Origin: Moniliella sp. 'wahieum'
Lineage: Eukaryota
Length of the DNA: 64,000 bases
Direction: 5' to 3'
Assembly (NCBI GenBank): GCA_003971905.1
Contig: RSEE01000019.1
Span: 620,001 to 684,000 of the forward strand
Part shown: positions 50,334 through 62,511 of the stretch, one piece after another
Position numbering within the stretch: the first letter of the stretch is position 1
Layout: each line of letters opens with the position of its first letter
Program-made: the position numbers and the translations under genes
The notes under the pieces: model-generated
Told to the model about the DNA's origin: nothing
Seen by the model: only the letters and a program-made list of their open reading frames with translations
Database searches by the model: none

Positions 50334-53202
50334 CTAGGCCTGCTGAGGAGGAACTAAAGGGACGTGAGCCAAAGCACACGAGCCGCCCGCGGTGGCTGAG
50401 CTTATTTGCCAGCTTACTTGAGGCAAGGGATGGACCCACCACCCGGCCCGACCACCTGCTGCCCTACCCACCCCGGCGTACAGGAATCCATGCGCCCACC
50501 TTCCATTCCCAAGCTGGCACCGTTCCCTCGCCCTGGCCCACGAACGAGTCCGAGTCCGTCTCCAGTTGGGCAAGGAATTTGTCGGCATGAGTGGCAAGGG
50601 TCTTTGCCAAGGCGACCCGGCCATGGGTCAACCACCAGACCACATCCTCCTCACGCTCTGTGTCTGGTTGGCGACAGGTGTAAGGTGCTGGGCATGCATC
50701 TTCGCCTCCGTTAGGGTATCACGCACCCCCGCCAGTAGCGAGCGCACGTCCTCTTGTGCCAAGGCTCGTGGGGAGCGACAACTGTTTTCGTAGCGTGCCT
50801 CTGCACTCATCTCGGACGTGGCCCCAGCAAACCCCAAGGCGGCAGCTGCTTGGCGATCGCTTACCCACCCCAACCGTTGGGCTAGAAGTGCCGATCGGAG
50901 TTGGGGCCGCATGGGACGCTGTGCGCGCGACCGTTTCCTGCGGTCAGCCCGATCCGGCGCGGGAAGATAGAGATACGTCATCTGTGACATCCGGCCTCAT
51001 GTCAGTTCCTCTCGCTCCGGGGACAGGCAACGACAAAAAATACGTACTTGGAAGCAAGCGTGAAGGAATGCAGACAGAGCTCGCATCAATCTCCATTCCT
51101 TCTCCACATCGCTATTGTTGGGGAAAATTGCGGAATTGGCGTCCACCGGACTCTGCCAGAGGCGGAGAAGCTGTGCCAGCGTCTCAGCCCGATGAACAGC
51201 GAGCGTTGCGGCGAGCCAGAGCGCACAAGCCGGCCCGGAGGGCGCATCCGACTCGGTGTTTGCAAGCGTTGGGTAGAGCTCGAGTTGCAGGCCTAACAAC
51301 GGCACATGTAGCGCACCCAATTGATAAAACGCCAGCACCGCCAGATGAAGACGTTGTAAAATCGGTAGAAACGCAAGAGCAGAAGGGGCATGGTTGGTCA
51401 CCATGCCAACTAGCTCGCCGAGCGTGGCGGCGAGGCGGAGCAGATCTTTGCCTGTAGCAAGGCTGCGATGCGCTCGGCAGGGGTGCTGGCCTAGCACATC
51501 AAGATTCGCAAGCACAAGCCCAGGCAAACGAGATAGCACATCTCGCAGCTGAGGGCCAATGGGCTGCTGCAGACGCGGAGGCGGCGGGGGGCGGGGAGGA
51601 GCCCAGGTAGACGTGCCAATCGGAGACAGAGGGGAGCCCGGGCTGGTGGAGACAAGCGAAGGCCCCGCCATGGCGAGGGCAAGCTGGCTGTCTTCGTAAT
51701 CGATCGCCTGCATCAGACGTTCCAGCTGCCCCATTGTCACCCCAGCCCCAAGGACCAAGAAGGAATTTCCAAACCAGTCCACCGTTCGCGTCGCATTGAT
51801 CGCATACCCTTGCGAGCTGGAACAGAGGGCTGTAAGTAGGACGCTGCGAGCGTATCCTGGAGCCTCAACCGCTTCCCCGCCTCCTACCGAGTTGGCCAAG
51901 GCCAAAGCAGCATGAGACAACCGTTCTACCCAGATGGGGTACCCTTTTTCCTCCTCGTTTTGAATCGGGTGATCGGGGTCCCCAGGCAAAAGCAACCGAC
52001 TTACTGCATCTTGAAGATGGCTGATAAAGACCGAAAAGAATGCCTTTGTCCTAGAAGGGCTGGGAAGCACACGCGGCCGCACAGGTACAGGTGCAATCAA
52101 GCGGCGATAGGTCCATACATCAAATGTGCATGCAGCTTGAGGCGAAGGTGCCTCACGCAAATCCGGGCTGTGTAAAGGCCATATCAATTGGTCCTCACAA
52201 GTGTCCTGACTGGCACGAGGGGTGGGCTGTCCCGACTCACGAGAGGCAGGTACGAGACGAGCGAGATCCGAGCCCAAGGCCGTCGCGTGTTGGTCAAAGT
52301 GCCACTTGATCTCCATAATGTTCATCGGCAAGTTGGATAAGAGGGCCTGCATGGATACCAAGCGCTCCAGCACACCCAGACGCAGGCAGATCGAGGCCAC
52401 GGCCTCACCCCCCAGATGTGAATAGGAGGAAAACGTCCATAGACGTTGCTGAGCCCGCTGCAGACCCGCCACAGCCGACGCCGGGGGTAGAGCAGTATCA
52501 AGAATGGTCCAACCAGCCTTATCCGAAACAAAGTCCTCCATCTGCCAAGCCCAGACAAGGGAGAGAGGGTTAGTCAACAGATGCTCTCGCGGTGGAATCC
52601 CTTACCCACTTCCACCACATTGTACTTGATCAGCTCTTGGTAGACAGAGTTGACCGAAGTGAGGGTAGCCGAACAGGCGGCAGCCAGGGCAAGCAAGAGA
52701 GCTTGTTGTGCTGGGGCATCTGCTAAGGCTGGTTGCGCAATGGCCGAGGTAAATTGAGCGGAGTATTGGGGATGAAGCCAGCGACATGGATATACAGTCA
52801 CACTCATGGGGATGCTTCATGGAAAGCGACTTGGGAGGCCAAAAGACGATCAAGGATAAAGACGACATCTCGTGGCGTGTACTCTCGCGCCACGCGCTCC
52901 GCCTCGAAAGCCGGAAGAGCACCGGCATTCTCCTCGGAAGGAAGAAGACTGTCCACATCGGGGGCCATGCCGTTGTCGGTGCGGGCCTCCATGACTTCGA
53001 TGGAGCCCATGGTGTCGAGCATGGTGTACCCGGGAACATGGACCGTCTTGCCCAGCGGCAGGCCGTCGCAGGCGGTGGTGAAAAGCGAGGTGAGGTCGGT
53101 CCAGCCGGGAAGCACAACCGAAGCCGATGAGTCGCCCCTCTCCGTCCTCGTCCCATCACCGCGTGGGGCGGGGATGGGCGCGGGCATGCGGACGGTGCTC
53201 AT
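50334..53202 (-). CDS. MAK10: NatC N-terminal acetyltransferase auxiliary subunit Mak10/Naa35
   Basis: WTDLTSLFTTACDGLPLGKTVHVPGYTMLDTMGSIEVMEARTDNGM, ILDRLLASQVAFH, VTVYPCRWL, EDF after an intron. 3' end approximate. Confidence 0.8.
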
Positions 53203-53726
53203 GGGCGGAGAGAATGGGCTGGGGAGCAAGATGCGCCGCCGAAGCTCGAGGGGTTATTTAAATCGACCGCCCACCCAGCACGCGTTACGTCAGACGCCGC
53301 CTATAATTGCCCTGTCGTTTCAGCAAACCAGACCTGCCGAAGGATGGACTGCCTGCCTAGTAGGAGCGGCCGCCACTCAGCCTGAGCCTCATCGCGGGGA
53401 CAGACGGTCTGTCTCCCTATTGCTCATGGCCTAATCGTGCTCCCCATCTAAACATGCCTGCGTTAGTCGCGAGCCCATGCTGGGCAGCGAGGCCTGAAGT
53501 AACTGGCCTTGTGCTGCGGTTTCTCCTGAGAGCCGTTTTGCTCTCTTTCCGTAGAAATATGATCCTCCATACACCTAGTGTCGATCGATGTGCTCTGACG
53601 TGAGTGTAGCAAGCGGCCCAACGACTACAAACGCCCGCACGAAATGAGTCTTTTCCCTGGACCGAGGAACTGCTGCACAGCCGCAGAAAGAAGGCAGGTA
53701 TGAATGCATATGAGCCCGACCACCAC

Positions 53727-54240
53727 TTATTTGGCGTTGGTTTTCCTGCAGAGACACGTACGTGTTAGTTGCGCCATACCACCAGGAGAGGCGAGAAAGA
53801 GAAAAATATCAAGGAAAAGAGATAGAGCCAGGACAAAGTCAACATACCGGTAGCTGAAGCGCTTCCGTGTCGGGGCAAATTCGCCGAGCTTGTGGCCAAT
53901 CATTTCTTCTGTGACCACCACGGGCAGGTGGACGCGACCGTTGTGGACCATGAACTTGAGTCTGTGCGAGAAGAAAATGAAAGGGTGAGAGACTGGGGAA
54001 AGGGGGCTCAGCGGGCACGCAGCAAACGACAACGTACCCGACAAAGTTGGGGAGGATGGTGCAGGAGGGGCGTTGGTGCGGATGGAGCGGTTGTTGCGCA
54101 ACGCATCAGCCAAGTTAGGGAACGCAACAAAGTAGGGGCCTGGGATCGAGGACAGGGCATGGTTAGCATGGAGCCAAGCAGAGGACACAGGGGGACACAC
54201 CTTTCCAGGCAGACCGCAACGCCAAGGCCGAGGGCAGCAT
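53727..54240 (-). CDS. RSM19: Mitochondrial ribosomal protein uS19m
   Basis: [21 protein letters not shown]...[22 protein letters not shown]...[18 protein letters not shown]; three introns. Confidence 0.92.
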
Positions 54241-55054
54241 GCTTGCGGATGGTTGGCGCCGTCTCCTCTGCCGCGCACATGTCCTAGCCGAGAGACGGAC
54301 GAGCAAGAGGAAGGCGTTACGTAACGATGTTCGGCGGGGGGGGCGATATTCCAGCGGGCGGAATTGGTTGATTCCGACGCGGGTCTGCTCTTGGAGAGGC
54401 CCACGCGCAGCCCATGCATCGTGCGTCACCGCGTCACCGGTGACCACCGCCAACAGGGGTGGTGCGGACATGGATATTGGCCGCCACAGCCGCCAACATC
54501 AGCTGCATCAACCGACGGACGTGTGTGCCGGCGCCCGCCCATCCGCCAGTCTGCTCCAGCGCTCGGCAGATCTGCCTCGGGCAATGCCGATGTCCCCGAC
54601 GCCGCCGCATGCCAGTCCGTTCCATATAATGCACTAGTCCAGGGAGTATAACACAGCCGGCGGTCGCCGACGCCAGGATGCGGGGCGTGGTGGGCTACGC
54701 AGACGCGCTTGCTGGGTGGGATTGCTCGTGGTGCTGTGGTGTGTGGCTGAGGCACAGGTGTGCGGAGTGGGTGACAGGGCGCCATGACGTAGCCCAGAGC
54801 ACAGCCGAGCGTGGTGGGCGGCAGAAACAATGAAACATCCGACGCGGTGGGGGCAGAATCTACATGCACACACACACTGGCGCCGTGCCGCAGAGGCAAC
54901 TTTTGTGTTGGTTGCCCATCGAGCCGCTCCAGCCGCGCCGCCTTCCACCGATGGGCAAGGCACCACACCTCCACCGCCGCCACATCCATCTCCATCCCCA
55001 TCTCCATCCCCATCTCCACCGGCCCTCCGCCCGCTGCTCGCCGCTGCCGCCGGC

Positions 55055-58000
55055 ATGTCCACCCCTCCCCGTGCGTCGGCCCAGCCTCCGGCCGCCTCGG
55101 GCTCCAGTCCGTTTGCGTACCAGGCCCGCATCATCGACCGCTCCACCAGCCGCTCCGAGTCGCCCCTACGCCCGACCAGCTCCATCCGCCGTTTCCATGG
55201 ACTCGGCATGCCCTCCACCTCCCATCTCCTAGACTCTTCCCCTCGGCGCGCCCCTTCGACGCTCTCGCAGCCGCCTCAGAACCACCCCACACCCACGCGC
55301 AAGGCAGATCTCTTTGATCCGGCTCCTGGCCCTCCGCCGGCCTCAACCTCCATTCGCACCCATGCCCCCTCCCTTTCCACCTCCATTCTGGCACCGTCGC
55401 GCCGCTACAATGCCCTGCCTGCCTCCCCTCCAGTGCAAGCAGCAAGAGCACGTCCCCACTCAAGCTCAACGTCAGCAGCCCTGCCTCCGAAAGCCGTCCG
55501 TCCACGCCTCCTTCTGGGCCCAGTCCGGCTCTCCCACTCGCCTCTCTCCCCACAAATCCCATCACCCTAGTCTCCTGCTGGGGGGTGTTGGGGATCTGTC
55601 CCGTTCATCTGTCGGCGCACTCAAGACCTTGGGCTCCTACACTGCCTCGTCCACCGAGTCAAGCAAGCAGGCCGACACCAACGGCGAGCTCGCCCTCCCA
55701 GGCATTACTGATGCGCCGCCCAGGATGTGACAGGCTTGTCAGGACGTGTGCGATTGACACGGAGTCCCGCCATTGCGAGTGGGGTCGCCAGTCCCCGGCC
55801 TGGTCACACCAAGGGTGCGATGAGCATGCCATCCCTTCCCTTTAGTTCCTCTTTCAAGTGGATGGACAAGCAGCGTCATCTTCTCAAGGCGTACGAGTAT
55901 CTCTGCCATTGCGGCGAGGCACGCGACTGGATGCAAACCGTTCTTTCGTCTGGGGCCGCATCTCAAAATGCCGAACCGGAGCCTCTTCCCCCCATTGTGG
56001 AGATGGAGGAGCGGATGCGCAATGGCGTCGTCCTGGCCCGCCTGGCTCGCGAATTTGCACCACAATGTGTCCCGCGCATCTTCACTCACCCTCGTCTGCA
56101 GTTCAAGCATACCGACAACATCAACTACTTTTTCTCCGCGATCAAAGCCGTCTCCCTCCCCGAGTTCTTCCACTTTGAGTTGACCGACATTTACGAGAAA
56201 AAGAACTTTCCCAAGGTTGTTTACTGCATCCACGCGCTCAGGTACGTCATGCTCCTCTTCTTTGCGCGGATCAGATCGGTTCATCATCTGACCCCCCTTT
56301 GTTGGTAGTCACGTCTTGGCCCGCCAAGGCAAGTACAATTTCCGCGTTGGTGATCTTTATGGCCAGCTTGAGTTTACCGAAGAGGAGCTGCAACAGACAC
56401 ACAAGGGCCTTGAGGGTGTGCCAATGCCCAAGTTTGGCGGTCTGGATCGCGCCTTGGCCAAGGAAATGAACGACCCGCTTCCTCCTCCCGAGCCAGTTGA
56501 GACGGAGGCAGAGCGGATCGAGCGGCTGAAGCGAGACCTGGCTCTGGCCGCTCCTGATTACATTGTTCAGTCCGTCGTCCAGTGCCAAGCCATCGCTCGA
56601 GGTGCCCTGATTCGTCCCAAGGTGCAGCAGGCGCTCAAGCGTGCACGCCAAGCTGAGCTTGCTCGCCTGGAACAAGAGCGTCGCGAACGGCAAGCAGAGC
56701 TAGCTCGTCTCGAGGCCGAACGCATCGCGCGTGATAAGGAACTGGCCAGGATCGAGGCAGAGCGCCAAGCGCGCCTCGAAGCCGAGCGGCAAGCCCGGAT
56801 TGAGGCGGAACGGGTAGCGAGGGAAATGGAAGCTGCACGTGAAGCCGAACGGATCGCAAGGGAGGCCGAGGAAGCGCGGATTGAGGCGGAACGGATCGCA
56901 CGGGAAGAGGAAGAGGCTCGCCTGGAAGCTGAACGTATCGCTCAAGAAGAGGAGCAAGCTCGTCAAGACGCCCGCACGATTCGTGCCTGGGCACCCCTCT
57001 TCAGAGCCAGATCCGGGGTTCTTGCACGTCGAGAGCACAGTGAACGTGCAACTCAACTGGTGAAAACCACACCTCACACCATCTCTTTCCAAGCGGCTGC
57101 CCGGGGTACACTCGCCCGTCGCGCAGTTCAGGATCATCTGACCGACCTTGATGCCCTTGCGGAGCCCATGGGCCCCCTTGTGGGGATCCAATCTGCCGTG
57201 CGAGGTTGCCTATCTCGCCAACGAGCCAATCTCAAGCGCGCGAATCTCCAGCATCTTCAACGGGAGTGGGTTGGTTTGCAAGCGCATGCTCGCGGCGCCC
57301 TCGCTCGCTCTTCTGTCAGTGAGATCTTTGCCCAATTCGACGACCCTTCCACACTCGCGTCCGAAGCTGTGATGGACGTCCAGGCCATCGCCCGCGGTGT
57401 CCTGGCCCGCCGCAAACACAACCAAAAGAAGGCGGACCTACGCGCTGCAACGGCTACTTTCTCCACCCTCCAGTCGACCCGTGGGGTGCTGGTCCGTCGC
57501 AACCAGGCCAAGACGCATGAGAAACTGATTTACCTCGAAGAGAACCACACGCGGCGCGCCGAGACAGTGGAGCTGCAAGCGGCTTGCCGCGGTGCGCTTG
57601 TCCGCCGTGCACAAGACCAAACGCGTTGCCTTGGCTGCGGAGCCGTCACGTTTGGTGTGGTAGGCTTCCAAGCGGCGGCACGGGCTGCACTCGCACGCCA
57701 ACGCCTCTTGGCTCGCATCCGTGGTCTGCGTGCCGCTGAAGACTCCATCGTGCAGCTGCAAGCCCACATTCGTGCTGCACAGTGTCGCGTGCGCGTGCGT
57801 GCCATGGCCTCGGCCCTGCAGCGCGTCGCGGTGCAGGAAAGTGCGGTTTCACTTCAATCCTTTGCCCGCGCCGCTCTACCCGCCGTCGCAAGGTCGAGCA
57901 ACGCAAGCAACTCGAAACTGTCGCGCCCGACGTGCGTGGGGTGCAGGCGCAGATCCGGGGTGTCTTGCTCCGAGCCGAGTACGACTGGTGGAGGAACCAC

Positions 58001-60692
58001 ATCCATGCGTCGGAGCCGGTGGCCATCTTTCTCCAGTCCGTCCTTCGAGGCGCTCGGGTGCGCAGTGCTTGGCGCGCACGCGAGCGGTTTTGGCGCCAGC
58101 ACTGGAAGGACATTGTCACGGTCCAGTCCATCTGGCGCACCAAACAACAAGGTGCGCTCTATCGCGCCCTGGTCCGTGGCACTTCGGTTCCGGTAGAAGT
58201 GGTCCGGGCGTTTGCCCACTTGCTCAGCGATTCGGATGCCGACTGGGCCGACGAGATTGAGGTGGGACGGTTGCGCCGTCTGGTTGTCCGCTCGCTTCGG
58301 GACCTGAGTACTCATGAGCACGATTTGGCCGAGCTCGACCGCAAGATTGCGCTGCTCGTCAAGAATGTGATTGGCATTGAGGAGTTGGTGCGGCTCAAGA
58401 ACGAACGGGGGCTTCTTGGCACCGGCTCTGGCACTATGGCCTTAACCTCGCTCTCCTCCCGTACGGTCACCGTTGGCGATCCCTTTGCAGAGAAGCAGGC
58501 CGGCCACGCTCTCGATCGCGCCGGGCAGGCCAAGCTCGAGCTCTACCAGACTCTTTTCTTCCTTTGCAAACCCGTCCAGGGTACCTGGCTCGGCTGTATG
58601 TGGGGCTGGACCAACTGAGTCTATCCGATCACGAGACCAAGCAAGTGGAGAAGGCCATTCTCACCCTCTTTGGGTACGGCCAAGATGATCGTGAAGAGTT
58701 CTTGCTTCTCAAGCTGGTGGACGAATGTGTGCGGCAAGAACTGCTCTGTCCCTCTCGCCTCAGGACTTGCTCAGCGGCCGAAAACGGTTTACCAAGCTGG
58801 TGGCCCAACAGTATTCTGATCGTTCGCATGTCGCCTCGTCGGGAGATGCGCAGCGGATCCGTCCAGAGCTGGTGGCCCCCCCATTGTGGCGATGCTGAAC
58901 GATGTGAACTTGGACCTGGAGACCAACCCCAAGAGCATTTGGACCAGCATGCATCCGGGCAATGGCCGTCGAACAACGTTCAAGAAATCCTTCTTGATCC
59001 TCAAACTCGTACCACCTACATCCACCGCCTCCAAGCGCTCCATGCCACCACCGACTCGTTTGTCAGCGCCATCACGAGTCGCCCGCGGCGCTTGCCGTAT
59101 GGTCTGCGTTACACGGCGCGCACCATCCTTCGTGCGGCAGAAAGCCAGTTCCCAGAGCAAAACTCGGACGACTTGGCACGCTTGGTGGGGCATATGGTCT
59201 ACTACCGCTACTTCCGTCCGGTCATCATTGCGCCCGAGGAGCATGGCGTGCTCGAGGACGGGGTGGTGCTCGACCCCAAGCAACGCGCTCTGCTGAGCCG
59301 GGTGGACCGAATGATCTCCGACATTGCGCACGGCAAAGTGTATGGCGCGATGGAGGACGAGGACCTGAGGGACGGCCACTTGGCGCCGCTCAATGAGTTT
59401 ATGAGGGATGCTACGCGTCGGTTCACGGACTGGATCCTGGCCTTGATTGATGTGCCGGATTTGGAAATTCACTTTGCCACGGTGGATGCACTGGATGCGA
59501 CGGGCCAGCTGTCGCGCGCGATTGATATCTCGCCGGGGGAGGTGTACGCATTCCATGCGCTCCTGCTCCGCGAGCTGGCCGTGGTAGCACCCGAACCGAA
59601 CGACATTGTGAGGGAACTCCTGCAGAAGCTGGGCCCCGCCCCTGTCGCTCCATCACCCAACGAAGTGGCCTTGGTAGCCGCAAGAAACCAAGAAGTCACC
59701 CTCGAGTTGATCCCCCATGGCTTGCCCGACCCCGAGGCAGAGGGCCGTGCGCTGTGGGTTGAGACCAAACGGTTGGTGCTGAATGTGCTGCGGGTCCAAA
59801 CGGGCCCGGATCTGTATACGGTTTTGCTAGAGGAAGTGACGGATGCCGACGAGCGCGCTTGGATGGCCGTGGCCGAGGCTGAACGCGTAGCAGAGCAACG
59901 AAATGCGCTGGTCAGCCGCCGTGGTGATCGACCCCTCCCCGCTCAATTGCGTGCCCAGCATCACCCGTCCGAGTTGCCGCTGGAAGATTTGCGGCAGATG
60001 GCCTTTGTGGACGTCAAGGCGCATACGCTCCAGCGGGTACTGGACCTGGAGCGGTCGGGCAAGGTGACTCGTGCCAACGGGTTCCAGGACTTGTTGGACG
60101 CGTTGGCCCACGACATTCGGCTCAAGAATACGATGCGCACCCACCGCAAGGCCCAGATGAAGGCCATGTCGGATTCGTTGCGCGACCTGGCGCAGCGCAA
60201 GACACAGATTGACGACCGCATCCGGTCGTACCACTCTGTCATTGAGCAGTCCATTGCCGAGACGCACAAGAAAGGGTCCAAGAAGCGTGGGTTGCGGTTG
60301 AAGGACAAGTTGTCTTGGTCGTCCCAAGCCAAGCACATGCGTCAGCTCGATCGGCAGGCAAATTGCCCGCCTTTGGATCCTTCTTGTTCTCTTCCTTCAA
60401 GTTGGAACAGCGCGGCGTTCTGCTCTCGGTCGAAACGGGTCAAACGTTGGACTTTACCATTGACTCGAACCGGCCTGGCGTCTTCACCATCTCGGCGCTC
60501 GTCCCGGCTTCCTCTTCCAGTCCGGGCGGCCCACCCTTGCCCCCGTTGGCAGAGGAGGAGATCACCCTCGAACGACTTTTGGAGTTGCAGTGGAACCACG
60601 AGTCGTCGATTCTCCTCCTCAATGGCCTGGCTCGCTTCAACACGGACAAACTGATCGAACTCATCAATCGCAAGTTTTATGCCTCGAGCTAG
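55055..60692 (+). CDS. IQG1: IQGAP (CH domain, about 14 IQ-like repeats, RasGAP-related domain, RasGAP_C)
   Basis: WMDKQRHLLKAYEYLCHCGEA, FELTDIYEKKNFPKVVYCIHAL, repeated xQAxxRGxLxR, LQTRPGYLARL, REEFLLLKL, LPYGLRY, LIELINRKFY. Confidence 0.94.
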
Positions 60693-60701
60693 TTTCGCTT
60701 T

Positions 60702-60722
60702 TCTCTCTCTCTCTCTCTCTCT
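60702..60722. repeat. (CT)n microsatellite just after the IQGAP stop codon
   Basis: tctctctctctctctctctct read directly. Confidence 0.9.
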
Positions 60723-62511
60723 CCCCCTCTCCCTCTCTCCCTTCCCCTCCTCCACCCCGTTCCGCTTCGTTCTTCTCGCGCTACATCTACCTTTTATGTC
60801 CATTGTCCATGCTACGGATATGGTTTCTGTCTCCCTTCGTATCCGCTTCGTTTCTTCCCCCCCTCTGTTCAACTCCTCTTGGTTTGTTTTCTTCTGTTCA
60901 AAGAAGCCCTATGTGGGCACCCGTGCCCCCCCTCCCCCCTTGTACCCACGACTATACTATTAGCGTGAATCATCCCCCCGTCCTTGTTGGTCGTAAACTC
61001 TGCGCCTATTTTGAAGATGGCAAGGCCAACCGCCAAACGGTCCGCATCCAGTGTTGAGTATGACTGCCGAGAAGGAAATTGATCTACGAGACGGATCGTT
61101 CTGGTGGCCATTATCGATTATCAATTCTTTAACCAAATTGAACATCCTGCCATGGCCACGGCCGCCGAGTAGTACACGGCAGAATACGATGGCGTCGTGC
61201 ATGCCAACACTCTACTACGTCAAAAGGTCATCCAGTCATCTCCTGGTTGAGTTTGCAGGTACCTACTTTGGGTGTCGATGGTATCGTTCAGGCTGCATGG
61301 AATGGAGGGGGGAGTAGAAGTAACCACACGGTGTACAATGCATGATATCGATAAAGCTACCGATAAGAGAGAGACGAGGGGCTCAACATTCAAGATTAGT
61401 CAGCTTCAAGGAAGATCTAGAACAGAGTGACTACTACTACAGTAGGTACTTAGTAATTAGTACGTGTGACATCTGAGACCCGTCACAGAGTTTTTGGTGC
61501 CGCCAACAAAGAGGACAAGCCTACCCATTGTAGTACTACGGCAATAAAAGCCCGTCGTCCAGCTCGCCTCTGTCCGCCCACTGACGAATTGGGAAGCCCC
61601 GGAAAGCTGAAGATCCGCTACACAATGCGCCGGCAGCACGATGGTCCGAACAAAGGGGGGGGGGTTTATTACGTGCTGGCCGTTGCGTGGCTGGTGCTGT
61701 TCACAGGCAGATGGACGCCATGAATGGGAATGGAGGGGCTGGAACTTGAGTCGATCGTCGATCGTCGATTGGCGATGTGATGTGGTGTGTGTGATGAGGA
61801 GGGAAGGAGGGCCGGAGGGCAGTGTTGCGTAGGGCGTGTGCGTGACATGATGAGGGATGTGCGAGGGACACGGGACATGGAACGGCCAGGCAGCCCCAGT
61901 GACTAGCGCTGAGCCTCAGCGCTGACTGCGCTGACTAGTGGCCGCACAGCGCAGAGACGCTGCCCCGGCTGAGCTCAGCAACGAGCAGCAGAACGCAAAA
62001 CCTCGCATCAGCCGTCGCCGCAGCCTCCACCGGTGATTCATCGCCGATCGCCTGCTGGTGCAGAGCTGCCGTGCCGCTCGCCGGAAAAAAGAGGAGGGCA
62101 CTGCGCCAGCCTGGCAGTAGTGGGCCCTGCACGGCCGGACAACACAGGCGCCATGCTGTTCTTCCTCCCGCCGAGCCGAATAGCCCATCCGCACAGGGGC
62201 AGTCTACGGCAGCTGAGTGCGACAACAGGGACGACTGCCCCTCTGCCCGCGCGGCTTCTTTCTGCGGGCCAGGCGGCCGGCGTGGCTGAGCGCTGACATG
62301 CTGGACTTGGGATAGCACGCGTCGGTCGTCAGTACTCAGTAGCTGGGTGGAGCCTGAGACCTGCCTGACTAGTGTGACTGGCGTGCGGGAGCTGCCCCGA
62401 CGCAAACGCACGGGGTGCCCTCCGTCTTTTCCCTTCCATCACCACCACCACCTCCCATCACCCCCTCCACCACCCCCTCCACCACCCCCTCCTCCTCGTC
62501 CTCCCTCTCCC

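Noticed and set aside
60870..61340. Short minus-strand ORFs between IQGAP and KRE6
   Set aside because: No motif or coherent gene structure can be supported by eye.
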